This document shows, piece by piece, positions 17,209-27,853 of a DNA stretch of 64,000 nucleotides. The translations under genes and the position numbers were made by a program. The stretch's first letter is position 1. Every line of letters begins with the position of its first letter. This DNA comes from Polyangiaceae bacterium. GTDB lineage: Bacteria; Myxococcota_A; Polyangia; Polyangiales; Polyangiaceae. A model generated the notes under the pieces. It did no database searches. It saw only the letters and a program-made list of their open reading frames with translations, and had not been told where the DNA came from. The DNA lies in NCBI GenBank assembly GCA_016933275.1, contig JAFGBI010000098.1, positions 2,665 through 66,664 on the forward strand, given 5' to 3'.

Positions 17209-19181
17209 GGGTGCGCCCCTCCGGGCCGTGCCCGCTCCGGGATGCGCGGAACCGCGGCGGCGCTCAGGGGTCGCGGCTTCGGACGTCGAGTGAGCCACCA
17301 CGCGTCGAGGACGACGAACCCGAGGGCGACCAGCGCGCAGAGCCAACCCCATTCGGTGAACACCGGCACCGCGGATGCTGGTCCCACCATCACTGCTCCG
17401 CCGGCAGCCCCAAGCTCGCGGGTCGTGATGTCACTCTCCTCGACGCTCGCCATGCTCGCGGGGATGAGGAGGCTCCCCGGGCGCCGGCCCTGGTAGCTCG
17501 CGAAGTAGAAGCCCGCGCGCCGGAGCTCGGCGACCACGGCTACCCCCTCGCGTGCTCGCACCTCGGTCTTGGCGCCGTCGGGTCCCTCGATCGTGACCAG
17601 GTCCACGTCGGTTGGGACCCGGAGCTGGAGGGTGGAGCCGGTACGGAGTTGCGACTCGAGCCCCGCTTCCTGGTGTGCCCGGGCGGCCTCCACCAGGTTG
17701 CGGACGAAGAGGACGAACGAGGCCTTGAGCGGCCAGTTGCTGTCCCCGACATCGAACCCCACCAGGGTGCCGGTGCGCCCTGGGCTCGAGACGTCCGCCG
17801 CCAGGACGCTGTCCTGGGCTCGGATGAGGGCGTCCCGTGGGGATTCGACCCCGAGTGGCTTCGCCCGTGCCACGTTCACGCCTTGCAGGGTGAGGAACCG
17901 CAGCCGGGGGTCCGTCTCTGACCAGGAGGTGATGGTGGGGGTGTCCCTCGGTTCGGCGACGGTCACCGTGCGGCAGGGGCCCGGCGGTGGATCGAGAATG
18001 ACGAAATCCGCTCCTGGGATCCGCTCCGGGCAGACACCGTCCACCAGCACCAGCGCATTGGTCGGGACGTCTGCGGTCGCGAGGCCCTCGACGGTGCTGG
18101 TGAGGACCTCGACATCCGGGTCGGCGGAGAGGGCCCGCACGAACCATGGGTTCGCCGTCTTTGGGGCGACGACCGCGGTGAGAGTCCGGCTCGGGGGCAC
18201 GCGAGCGAAGGCTCGGTCGTCCACGGCCATCGCGTCACCGGGCGACACCTCGAACACCAGCCCCATCCCCGCGTCGCTCGGAGCGGGCTCGAAGGTCAGG
18301 ATCACGGGTACGCGCTCCCCCGGAGCGAGCGACAGGCGCCGGGAGGCGAGGGGCTGGTCCACGTTGCGGGGTCGGAGTGTCACGAAGACCTCGCGCGGGG
18401 TGGGGCCCTGGTGAGAAACCTGGACGAAGCCTTGGACCTCGGCGCGGCCGGTGACAGGATCCCGTCCGCTCCGGACGTCGACCCGGACGATGGCCGTGTT
18501 GGGGGTTGCTTCGCCAACGGTGAGCACGTCGGTCGGGAGGCTCAACGCGCCGAGCGCCTCGGGATCGATGACGGCCCCGTCCGTCACCACCACGATGCGG
18601 CGGTTGCCGGGCAAGGCGCGGAGGCGGTCCGTGGCGAGGGCCACCGCTGGGCCAAGCTTCGCGGGTGCGTCATGAGCGTCGATCCGATCGACCGCCGTGT
18701 GGAGGCGGCGCCGATCTCGATCGAGGGGCGTCACCACCGATGGCTGGGGGCCGGCCTCCACGATGAGGGCGTCGGCGCCGGGCCCCAGGGCATCGACGAG
18801 ACGGTGGGCGATGGTGCGCGCCTCGGCGATTCGGGTCTTGCCGGCGACGATCGCGGCCGTCATCGAAGCGCTCCCGTCGATGACGATGGCCAGGTGATCG
18901 CCGTCCACGGCCCCGCCGCGGGTCGCTGGGCGCCCGGCCGCGAGTGCCAGCGCTACCAGGGCGAGCAGCTGCAGGAGCAGGGGGATCTCCGGGATCAGCC
19001 GTCGGAAGGGGGAGCGTGCTCTGAGGTCACGGGCGGCGGCTGCCCACAACCAGGTGGACGCCACTCGGAAACGCTGCCGTCTGATCTTCAGGATGTAGAG
19101 CATCACGAGCGGCAGGACGAGGCCGAGGAGGGCGAGGCCGGCGGCGCTGCGGAGCTCGAACGGCATGGGGGCGGTCAGCAT
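17205..19181 (-). CDS. BatA-like protein: aerotolerance-regulator N-terminal TM domain plus VWA domain
   Basis: MPFELRSAAGLALLGLVLPLVMLYILKIRRQR is a BatA-type N-terminus. VWA motif is LAIVIDGSASM. ATG at 19181 or 19166. Confidence 0.85.
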   Translation of the reverse strand: MLTAPMPFELRSAAGLALLGLVLPLVMLYILKIRRQRFRVASTWLWAAAARDLRARSPFRRLIPEIPLLLQLLALVALALAAGRPATRGGAVDGDHLAIVIDGSASMTAAIVAGKTRIAEARTIAHRLVDALGPGADALIVEAGPQPSVVTPLDRDRRRLHTAVDRIDAHDAPAKLGPAVALATDRLRALPGNRRIVVVTDGAVIDPEALGALSLPTDVLTVGEATPNTAIVRVDVRSGRDPVTGRAEVQGFVQVSHQGPTPREVFVTLRPRNVDQPLASRRLSLAPGERVPVILTFEPAPSDAGMGLVFEVSPGDAMAVDDRAFARVPPSRTLTAVVAPKTANPWFVRALSADPDVEVLTSTVEGLATADVPTNALVLVDGVCPERIPGADFVILDPPPGPCRTVTVAEPRDTPTITSWSETDPRLRFLTLQGVNVARAKPLGVESPRDALIRAQDSVLAADVSSPGRTGTLVGFDVGDSNWPLKASFVLFVRNLVEAARAHQEAGLESQLRTGSTLQLRVPTDVDLVTIEGPDGAKTEVRAREGVAVVAELRRAGFYFASYQGRRPGSLLIPASMASVEESDITTRELGAAGGAVMVGPASAVPVFTEWGWLCALVALGFVVLDAWWLTRRPKPRPLSAAAVPRIPERARPGGAHP

Positions 19182-19511
19182 AGCACCGGTCGCCGTCGCC
19201 CCTGGTGTCGTGCCCGGTGCCGAGGCTCAGGCGACGGGTCCACGGTCGGCGTCTCACCATGACCTGGCCAGCCTTTCGCCCCCGATAGGAGCGGACCGCG
19301 TCGAGACCACTGAGGAAGATCGTCGAGACGATGGCGCGTGGGATGGGACGATGAAGGCTACGACGGCGGGCTCGACGACCTCCTCACGATCTCACGATCG
19401 TGGTCGAAAGATCTGTTGACTTGAATGGCGACTTCCTGAGAATGGAAAACGGGCAAACCAAGTGGGTGGGGCGCGACACCCGCCTCGCCACCTCACGAGG
19501 GGAAGAGACGC

Positions 19512-19769
19512 ATGGCTGCAAGGAAGACCACCAAGAAGACCGTGAAGAAGGCCGCCAAGAAGGCGACGAAGAAGACCACCAAGAAGGCGGCGAAGAAGAC
19601 CATCAAGAAGGTGGCGAAGAAGGTGGCGAAGAAGGTGGCGAAGAAGACCACCAAGAAGGTGGCGAAGAAGGCCACCAAGAAGGTGGCGAAGAAGGCCACC
19701 AAGAAGGTGGCGAAGAAGACCGCCAGGAAGGCATCCGCTGCGCCCGCTCCCGAAGCGGGAGAGTGCTGA
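19512..19769 (+). CDS. histone H1-like lysine/alanine repeat protein (85 aa)
   Basis: MAARKTTKKTVKKAAKKATKKTTKKAAKK..., with nearly every codon ending in G/C. GA-rich SD-like stretch upstream. Confidence 0.8.
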   Translation: MAARKTTKKTVKKAAKKATKKTTKKAAKKTIKKVAKKVAKKVAKKTTKKVAKKATKKVAKKATKKVAKKTARKASAAPAPEAGEC

Positions 19770-19797
19770 GGCGGGGTCTCCCCACCGAGTCTTCGAT

Positions 19798-19833
19798 CCG
19801 ATGGGGCGCCGGCCGGCCACCGGCGCCATCGGG
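19798..19833 (+). terminator. GC-rich imperfect hairpin between convergent H1-like and DUF58 genes (possible bidirectional terminator)
   Basis: CCGATGGGGCGCCGG-ccggcca-CCGGCGCCATCGG gives a 13-bp stem with one bulge. No U-tract. Confidence 0.3.
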
Positions 19834-19907
19834 AGGACTCGGTCGGTTGTCCCCTCGACCCGATGGGGCACCGTCTGCCGAATGCGGATGGCGCCTTCAG
19901 GAGGGAG

Positions 19908-20852
19908 TCAATCGATGCTCCGGGCAACCACACGGCGGACCGCTCCTTCGAGGGGTTCGCCGGTCACGGTCCGGACGTAGCTGGCGCCGTGTTTTCGCGC
20001 CCAGGAGCGCAGCTCCTCCACGAGTCCGGCGAGTCTCAGCGTGTAGGCCTCGATGGCGGCTGGGTCGATGGTGACGTCCACGGTGGCGCCCGTTTCAGCG
20101 TCTTCGAGCGCGTAGTCGCCCTCCAGCGGCGGCTCGAGTTCCGTGCGGTCCAGGACCTGAACGAGGATCACATCGTGTCCGGCGGAGCGGGCTTGCGTCA
20201 GGCTCGTCATCACCGGTCCGGAGTCGAGGAAATCGCTCAGGACCAAGAGCATCCCCGGACGTGGGGACCGATTCGTGACGTCCATGATGGACCGGCCGAG
20301 GTCGCCTCCACCGCCGGCTCGGAGCGTGGCAAGCTCCCTGAGGAGGGTCGGGAGGGCGCCGCGACCCCGGCGTGGCGTTCCGAACCGCTCGATGGCACGG
20401 CCGGCGGTGGTCGTCGTCCGGGCGACGAGGAGCTCGGCGCGCTGGGATCCTGCCAGGGCCATGTACCCGAGCGCCGCCGCCAGGCGCGAGGCGACGTATA
20501 GCTTGGGTGGGTCACCGAAGCCGAGGGAGGCGGACGCGTCGAGCAGGAGTCGGAGGACGACATCCTCCTCCGAGCGGAACAGCTTCACCACGGGTTCGCC
20601 GGTGCGGGCGAAGGCCAGCCAATCGACGCGACGGAGGTCGTCGCCCGGTACGTATCCGCGGTGCTCCTGGAACTCCGCGGTGCCCCCCCGGCGCCGAGCC
20701 ACGTGTTCTCCTGCACCTCCGGACCGCGCCCGCACGGCGAGCCGCCGGCGCAGCGCCTCGAGCTCGCGAACGAACGCAGGGTCGAGCAGCGGCGGAAGCG
20801 CGGGGTCGCTCGCCACGGTCACCCGCCACGGTGGTGAGTCCGAATGGGGCAA
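19908..20852 (-). CDS. DUF58-family protein (MoxR-associated)
   Basis: GTAEFQEHRGYVPGDDLRRVDWLAFARTGEPVVKLFRSEED..LLLDASASL is the DUF58 signature. TTG start at 20852 or GTG at 20822. Confidence 0.85.
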   Translation of the reverse strand: MPHSDSPPWRVTVASDPALPPLLDPAFVRELEALRRRLAVRARSGGAGEHVARRRGGTAEFQEHRGYVPGDDLRRVDWLAFARTGEPVVKLFRSEEDVVLRLLLDASASLGFGDPPKLYVASRLAAALGYMALAGSQRAELLVARTTTTAGRAIERFGTPRRGRGALPTLLRELATLRAGGGGDLGRSIMDVTNRSPRPGMLLVLSDFLDSGPVMTSLTQARSAGHDVILVQVLDRTELEPPLEGDYALEDAETGATVDVTIDPAAIEAYTLRLAGLVEELRSWARKHGASYVRTVTGEPLEGAVRRVVARSID

Positions 20853-20861
20853 GAAGGCATG

Positions 20862-22583
20862 CTACCCAGTGGCTCCGTTGAGCACGCGCGTACCCGGCAC
20901 CGACGGGGGCGGCGTCTCCGCTCCGATCCCCTGCTCCTCCGCCGCCAGCATCGCTTCCATCCGGGCGAGCGCGGCCCGATGCTCACGGACTACCCGTCGA
21001 GCGCGAAGGGAGGCCGCGCCAAAGAGGCCGAGGCCGAGGACACCCCAGCCGACCGCGCAGACCGCAGCGAGCATCACGAGCTCGGGGCGGCGCCCCACGC
21101 GGTCGAAGAGCACGAAGGGGACGAAGGTCGGCGATAGGGCTGCGAATGCGTCGGACGCATCATCGTGGGTCAAGACCCCGGCGATGGCCATCACCACCCA
21201 GGGTCCGATGGCGGCCAGGATGAGCGCGCCCAGGAGTAGGAGTCGGGGCACCGTGGCGGCCTTGGCCCGTGAGCGAGTGTAGGCCATGAAGCCGACACAG
21301 AAGGCCGTGAACCCCGTCAGGTAGAGACCCCAGCTGTCCACTCTGGCCAGCGCGTTGGTCAGCGATCCGCCCGGCGGTTCCGCGAACACCAGCCAGCCAT
21401 GGGCAGCGACGGTCTGCGCCGTCAGCACCGTCGTGCCCAGGGCCAGGATCAAGGTCGCTGCTCGCATCACGCCGGGGCCGAGGAACCGCCTGATGGCGCT
21501 GGCGCGGATGCGCTCCCAGTGGACGAGGACGCGACGTGAGGGTCCGAGGGGCTCCCCGGCGGCCACGAAGGTGACGAAGATCAGCGTGAGGCCGGTCATC
21601 GTCAGTCCCAAGGCCCCGGCGGTCCAGGCCTTGGTGGACCAGGCGACCATGGGGACGGTGGCCACGCCGGCGACGAGCGGGATCGAAACCAGCATCCATT
21701 GCCGAAGCGCCGAGGAGTTGTCGTCGCTCGGACTACCGAGGTTCGCGGTCGTCACGGCATAGAAGAACCACGCTGGTAGGATGGTCGCACCGAGCGGGAT
21801 CGCGACGAGGTAGAGGAAGTACTCGAAGCCGAACTCGGCGCGGGCGAACGCCGTTGGCATCCACACCGGAGGCCCTTCCGGGACGCTCGGCCACTGATCG
21901 TGGGCCACGGCGGAGAGCACCGGGCCGAGGATCACGTAGCCGAGGATCGACAGGGGAAAGGCCACCAGCAGGGTCACCACGACGGCGACGACCGGGCTCT
22001 GGAACGTGGAGCTGATGCTGAGCCCGAAGGCCACGCTGAGGGCGGCGAAGAGCGCGAGGAGGGCGAAGGCCGAGAGGACCTCGATCGCCGTGACCCCACC
22101 GAAGACGAACGAAAGCCCGCCCACGGGGACGAGCATCACGACGTAGAGCCCGATGTAGGTGAAGGCAGCCAGGAACTTGCCGCGCGCGATGGCGCCGGAG
22201 CCCACGCTCGTGAGCAGCAGCGCCTCCCAGGTACGCCCTGCCCGCTCGCTCGCGATCGTGCTCGCCGCCACTGCCGGGGCGACCAGCGTGACCACGAAGA
22301 AGGCGACCGAGAAGAACGTGTGGAAGAGGACGACCCCGACCGTCGCGGGTTCCGTCGACAGGCTGACCGTGCCCCCGATGGTTGCCATCAAGAGCGTCAT
22401 CGTCGCCGTGAGCACGGCGAGGATCACCGGCGTCCGGGTGAGACGCGCGGACTGGCGCAGCTCACGCATCCACACCGGGTTCGGGTCGTGCGAGAACCGG
22501 GAGAGGTTCAGCCGGGCGCGGTCGATGCGCCGCGACGACGGCGGAGCCGGTGGGATCGTCGGGCTGCCGGTCTGGGCGCTCAC
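20862..22583 (-). CDS. polytopic membrane protein, ABC-2-type permease-like
   Basis: At least 10 hydrophobic helices. The GTG start overlaps the ATPase stop (GTGA). PNPVWMRELRQ N-terminal motif. Confidence 0.75.
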   Translation of the reverse strand: MSAQTGSPTIPPAPPSSRRIDRARLNLSRFSHDPNPVWMRELRQSARLTRTPVILAVLTATMTLLMATIGGTVSLSTEPATVGVVLFHTFFSVAFFVVTLVAPAVAASTIASERAGRTWEALLLTSVGSGAIARGKFLAAFTYIGLYVVMLVPVGGLSFVFGGVTAIEVLSAFALLALFAALSVAFGLSISSTFQSPVVAVVVTLLVAFPLSILGYVILGPVLSAVAHDQWPSVPEGPPVWMPTAFARAEFGFEYFLYLVAIPLGATILPAWFFYAVTTANLGSPSDDNSSALRQWMLVSIPLVAGVATVPMVAWSTKAWTAGALGLTMTGLTLIFVTFVAAGEPLGPSRRVLVHWERIRASAIRRFLGPGVMRAATLILALGTTVLTAQTVAAHGWLVFAEPPGGSLTNALARVDSWGLYLTGFTAFCVGFMAYTRSRAKAATVPRLLLLGALILAAIGPWVVMAIAGVLTHDDASDAFAALSPTFVPFVLFDRVGRRPELVMLAAVCAVGWGVLGLGLFGAASLRARRVVREHRAALARMEAMLAAEEQGIGAETPPPSVPGTRVLNGATG

Positions 22584-23770
22584 TGGAGTTCTCCTCGGGT
22601 GATTTCGAGGAAGATCCGCTCGAGCTCGTTGCGTTCGGGCTCGACCGCGACCACCCCGACGCCGTGCGCTACGAGGTGCCGGACCACCTCGGCGACGAAG
22701 CGGTCATCCCCCACGTACTCGAGGGAGAGATGGCCGTTCGGCGCCGCCTCGACCGACAGCACGCCCCCGCCGCCGGCCAGCAGCGGCACCACGGGTTCGG
22801 AGGTCCCCAGGACCCGGAGCTTGAGGCGCTTGCGGGTCGCGGCCGGGATCGATGCGCCCCCGGTGGTGGTCGTGGGGGCGGTGAACCCACCCCCGCCGAA
22901 CACCAGGGGAGGCGCCTGCCCATCGGGCACCGGAAACGGCGCGGTCGGCAGGGGCGCGGGCGCTGGCTCGAGCCTCGAGTCCGCGGGCGTGTCCGGCGTG
23001 GTCTGGCCGAGCGCCGCCATCGGCGGTGGAACGGCTTCGGTGACGGCGGCGCGCGTTCGGGCGTCGAGCTCGGCGGCGATCTCGCGGATGGGCCCGGCCA
23101 CGAGCAGACGGCCGCGCTCCAGGATCCCCACGGAGGTGCAGACGTCGCTGAGCTCGGTGAGGATGTGGCTCGAGAGGAAGATGGTCTTTCCGAGTTCCCG
23201 GAGCTCGAGCAAGAGGTCGCGCATCTCGATCCGAGCGCGGGGATCGAGGTCGCTCGCGGGCTCGTCGAGGATGAGGACCTTCGGGTCGTGGAGCAGGATC
23301 CGCGCGAGCTGCAGGCGCTGCTTCATCCCCTTGCTCAGCGCCGGGACCAGACGGTCCTGGAGGTTCGTGAGCTCGGTGAGCTCGATCACGGCGTCGACCA
23401 CCCCGATGTTCTGCACGGTGAAGGCGTCGGCGAAGAACTCGAGGTACTCCCGGACGGTGAGGCCCTCGTAGACCCCGGCGTGGTCCGGCATATAGCCGAT
23501 GACCCGGCGGACCTTGTCGGGATCGATCGCGACGTCGTGCCGGTCCACTTCGACTCGCCCGGCCAGCGGCTCCAGCAACGTCGCCATGATGCGGATGGTG
23601 GTCGTCTTCCCCGCGCCATTGGGCCCGATGAAGCCGAAGATCTCGCCGGGACCGACGTCGAAGCTTACGTCGCGCAGGACCTCGCGGGCGCCGTAGAAAT
23701 GCCACAGGTGCCGGACCCGGATGGTTGGCGCCGAGAGGGCGGGCAATCCACCGCCCCGGGGGTCGGTCAC
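22580..23770 (-). CDS. ABC transporter ATP-binding protein with C-terminal extension of about 170 aa
   Basis: Walker A GPNGAGKTT, signature LSKGMKQRL, Walker B ILILDEP, H-loop SSHIL. The GTG at 23768-23770 overlaps the upstream TGA. Confidence 0.9.
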   Translation of the reverse strand: MTDPRGGGLPALSAPTIRVRHLWHFYGAREVLRDVSFDVGPGEIFGFIGPNGAGKTTTIRIMATLLEPLAGRVEVDRHDVAIDPDKVRRVIGYMPDHAGVYEGLTVREYLEFFADAFTVQNIGVVDAVIELTELTNLQDRLVPALSKGMKQRLQLARILLHDPKVLILDEPASDLDPRARIEMRDLLLELRELGKTIFLSSHILTELSDVCTSVGILERGRLLVAGPIREIAAELDARTRAAVTEAVPPPMAALGQTTPDTPADSRLEPAPAPLPTAPFPVPDGQAPPLVFGGGGFTAPTTTTGGASIPAATRKRLKLRVLGTSEPVVPLLAGGGGVLSVEAAPNGHLSLEYVGDDRFVAEVVRHLVAHGVGVVAVEPERNELERIFLEITRGELQ

Positions 23771-25814
23771 GGTACACCTCCGATCCCCACCACCCGAATC
23801 ATCAGCCGGTCCTGCAGGACCGCCAGTCCAGAGTCGCTCGTGACCCCGGCACCGCCGGCGATCTGACCGATCAGCACCGGCGTATCGGCGGGCCACCAGT
23901 CCGCCTCTTGGAGGGAGTAGGACGCGAACGCGTTCCAGACCGCGCTGGTCCCCGGCTCGTCGGCGTCGAGCTTGTCGGCGAAGGACCTCGGTTCGAGTCC
24001 CATGCCGACGGCGTTCGGCGAGCCCACCGAGCCCACCGGTTCGCCGCTCGCCGCCGCGACCGTCGCGCCGTCCGTGACGCGCGCGAAGTGGTAGGTGTCC
24101 CCGTTACGAACCCGTACGAGCACGCCCACGAGGTCACGACCGAGGCGGTTCTTCACCACCACCTTGCCCCCCACCTCGGCGATGGTCACCCCGCCCTTCA
24201 GGTCGACGAACCCGTCCTCGCGCACCAGCACGGTCTGCCAAGGCTTGGCACGAAACTCCTCCAGGCGGGGGCCATCGCGGTCGATCACCAGGACGCGCTC
24301 CGAGTCCCGGCCCGGGTCGGCGACCTCGAGCACGTTCCCATCGGCGCGAGCGCGCACCACGAGCTCACGGGCCGACGGTGCATAGAAGCCGCGGAACCGC
24401 ACCACGGCCGCGCGCGCCATCCCGGCGCCGGCCTCGATGAGCGCCACGTGGCGGACCTGTCCGTGCATCCCCTTCGCGAGGGCGCCCAGGCCGACGATCA
24501 CGGCGAGGGTGACGAGTGAAAGAACCGGCAACAGGACGAGCGCACGGAGGGGGCGGCCCGCTCGCGCTGCGAGGTAGAAGTTCAGCGGGCCTGCCAGCAT
24601 GGCATAGGCCAAGAGGAGGATCGTCGCGACCACGATCGCCCAGCGGGTCCGCTGGTTGGGATCCACCACGCGACGGATCTCCGCCGGGCCCGGGTATTCG
24701 GAGTCGCTCGCCGCATGGGGGAACACGACGTGGATGTTGCGGTTCCACGCGTGTCGCGCCAGCTCGACGAGCGAACGGTGGACCCAGGGGTCGCTCACGC
24801 CGGGCTCGCGCATCGGGTCGTAAGCGAGCAGGTGCACCTCGCCGAGGCCGTAGCTCGCGGAGCTTCCCCAGGGGCTTGGCCGGAGGTTGCCGCCGCGGTA
24901 GCCCACCAAGCTCTCGGCCAAGCTCGCGCTCGGGCCGAGCGTGCGTTCGACCAACTGTTCTTCCTGCTCTCCTTCGGGCACCACCTCGAAGATCCGGGAC
25001 CGCCGCAGGCCGTGGGGGGCGGGGCCGCGCATGGGCTCCCCGCCGAGGAGGTGCCAGAGCAGCGGGGATTGGTGGTCTTCGGGCCGGTCGAGCGCGACGG
25101 CGAGACAACCACCGGCGAGGACCCAATCGGCGAGCGCCTGGTGGGCTCGGGCAGAGAGTCGGGCCAGGGTGGTGCTCGTCACGAGGACCACCGTGGAGCC
25201 CGCGTAGCCCGCCGCCAGCTCGGGCACCACCAGCTCGCCCGACGCAGGGTTTACTCCGGGCGAGGTCACCCCGAGCGGGGCGAAGACCGTTGGGGAGCCC
25301 CAGCGGCCGCTCACGTGCAGCCGGACCCCGCGCAGCCACGCTGCGAGTCGGTTGGGCGCCTCGAGCACGGCCAGAGCCGGGAAAGCCTCGCGCTGGGCGG
25401 CGATCTCGAAGGTCGCCAGCTCATGCCCGGTCTTGGTGCGGGCGACCACGCGGGCATTCACACCGTGCCCGGAGAAGCCATGGGTTGGCAGGTTGAGGGA
25501 GACCACGGCGCCGGGTGCGAGGGAGAAGGGGGCCCGGGTCACCGTCCTGACGTCGGAGGCGTACGGAGCATCCGCGACGAGCTCGATCACCCCCTCGAGC
25601 GGCTCGGCGACGAGGCTCTTCAGGCGGACCGTGACCTCGAACCAGGCGTTTCCGATCGGCGCGGAGCCGCCGAAGGTCGGGCTGGCCGAGAGCATGAGCG
25701 GCCTCGCCGGCGTGGCCGTAGCCGAGGGAGGAGCTCCCGGCTCGGCGAGCGCTCCCCGCGCGAGCGCGAGCAGCGCGATCACGGCGATCCACAGCGTGAT
25801 GCGCGCCTTCCCGG

Positions 25815-25818
<4 letters not shown>
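23767..25818 (-). CDS. 683-aa signal-peptide protein with C-terminal TM helices, unknown function (possible ABC accessory, GldG/DUF4350-like)
   Basis: Signal peptide MTGKARITLWIAVIALLALARGALA. Two or three TM helices near residues 400-470. The GTG overlaps the moxR stop (GTGA). Confidence 0.7.
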
Positions 25819-26852
<1,034 letters not shown>

Positions 26853-26971
26853 GGGGGGACCGGCGGCAGGGCCCGGCCGCCCGAGACTAGCACGCCTCCA
26901 GCCATGGCAAGTGGCTCCGTCTTCTCCTCGGGGGGGCTCCTTGGCTCAGCGGCAGGAACCGACGGTGGCCC

Positions 26972-27685
26972 TCACCAGGGTATCCCGGGGACCTCCCACT
27001 CGCAGACCGATGGGAAGCTCGTCGCGCAGTCGCGGTCGAGCCAGGCATTGTCCTCGGCGACCGAGATGGTCACGCAGCGTTCGGCGCTGCTGTCGAACAC
27101 CACGCCGCTCGGCGGCTCGTACACGACGTCCCCCTCCCAGGCAACCCAGGTGAGCCCGGTGAGCGAGCTTGATACGTCGCGGGCACCGATCCAGAACTCG
27201 CCGAAAATGCTCCCGAGCTCGGCGACGAGCGTCTGTTCGGCGTCGCTGTGGATGACCGCGAGGTGCGCGCCCACTGACTGACAGCCGCGTTCGGCGTCGT
27301 CGAAGCTCGATCGCGTCTGGTTCGCGAAGTAGTAATGGACGCGCCCGTCCTCGTTCGCCAGGGGAGTGCCATACGCCACCGGTGGGTGGGTGGGATCGAG
27401 GCGGCAATCGAGGCAGCCGGGCACCGACTCCTCATCGGCTGGGTCGCAGTCCTCTCCGGGCGCGATGTAGCCATCGCCACAGGCAGGGTTCGGATCCGCG
27501 CCGCCGACTCCGGGACTCACTCCACCCGTGGATGCACCATCCCCACCCGTCCCGCCCGTGAGGCTGCTGCCGCCGCTCGGGCCGCCCCCAGTACCGAGGA
27601 GGCGTCCCGTTCCCGATGTCTCTAGTGCACACGCTCCCAGCGCGAGGCCCAAGGCCAGGCATGGGAGGAGGAGACGAACTTGCAT
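26972..27685 (-). CDS. lipoprotein with C-type lectin-like domain
   Basis: Lipobox LALGAC and a Gly-rich linker. CTLD pattern ...CQSVGAHLAVIHSDAEQ...FWIGARD...WVAWEGD...CVTI...WLDRDCATSFPSVCEW. Confidence 0.75.
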   Translation of the reverse strand: MQVRLLLPCLALGLALGACALETSGTGRLLGTGGGPSGGSSLTGGTGGDGASTGGVSPGVGGADPNPACGDGYIAPGEDCDPADEESVPGCLDCRLDPTHPPVAYGTPLANEDGRVHYYFANQTRSSFDDAERGCQSVGAHLAVIHSDAEQTLVAELGSIFGEFWIGARDVSSSLTGLTWVAWEGDVVYEPPSGVVFDSSAERCVTISVAEDNAWLDRDCATSFPSVCEWEVPGIPW

Positions 27686-27853
27686 GGGATTCCGAGATCC
27701 TATCCGGTCGTCGCCTCGCTGGCCATGCTCTCGCCTTGGCCTCCCCCTGCGCGATCGAATCGCATCCACTCTGGTGGTCCGACTACGTGCGGACTGGACT
27801 CAGGCCCGCCCACCAAGGACCACTCGGCGTCCGACCCCCGGTCGTGCCACGGG

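Noticed and set aside
19392-20074. ORFs 19392..19871(-), 19400..20074(+), 19493..19933(-) and 19603..19785(-) overlapping the H1-like gene.
   Set aside because: These are alternative-frame or antisense readings of the AAG/GCC repeat DNA (LLGG..., EEGG..., FFAT... products). Only the KKA frame has a start, an SD-like sequence and uniform G/C third positions.
23990-24000. GGTTCGAGTCC, a tRNA T-arm-like string.
   Set aside because: It lies inside a well-supported CDS (23767..25818). No acceptor or anticodon stems can be drawn around it.
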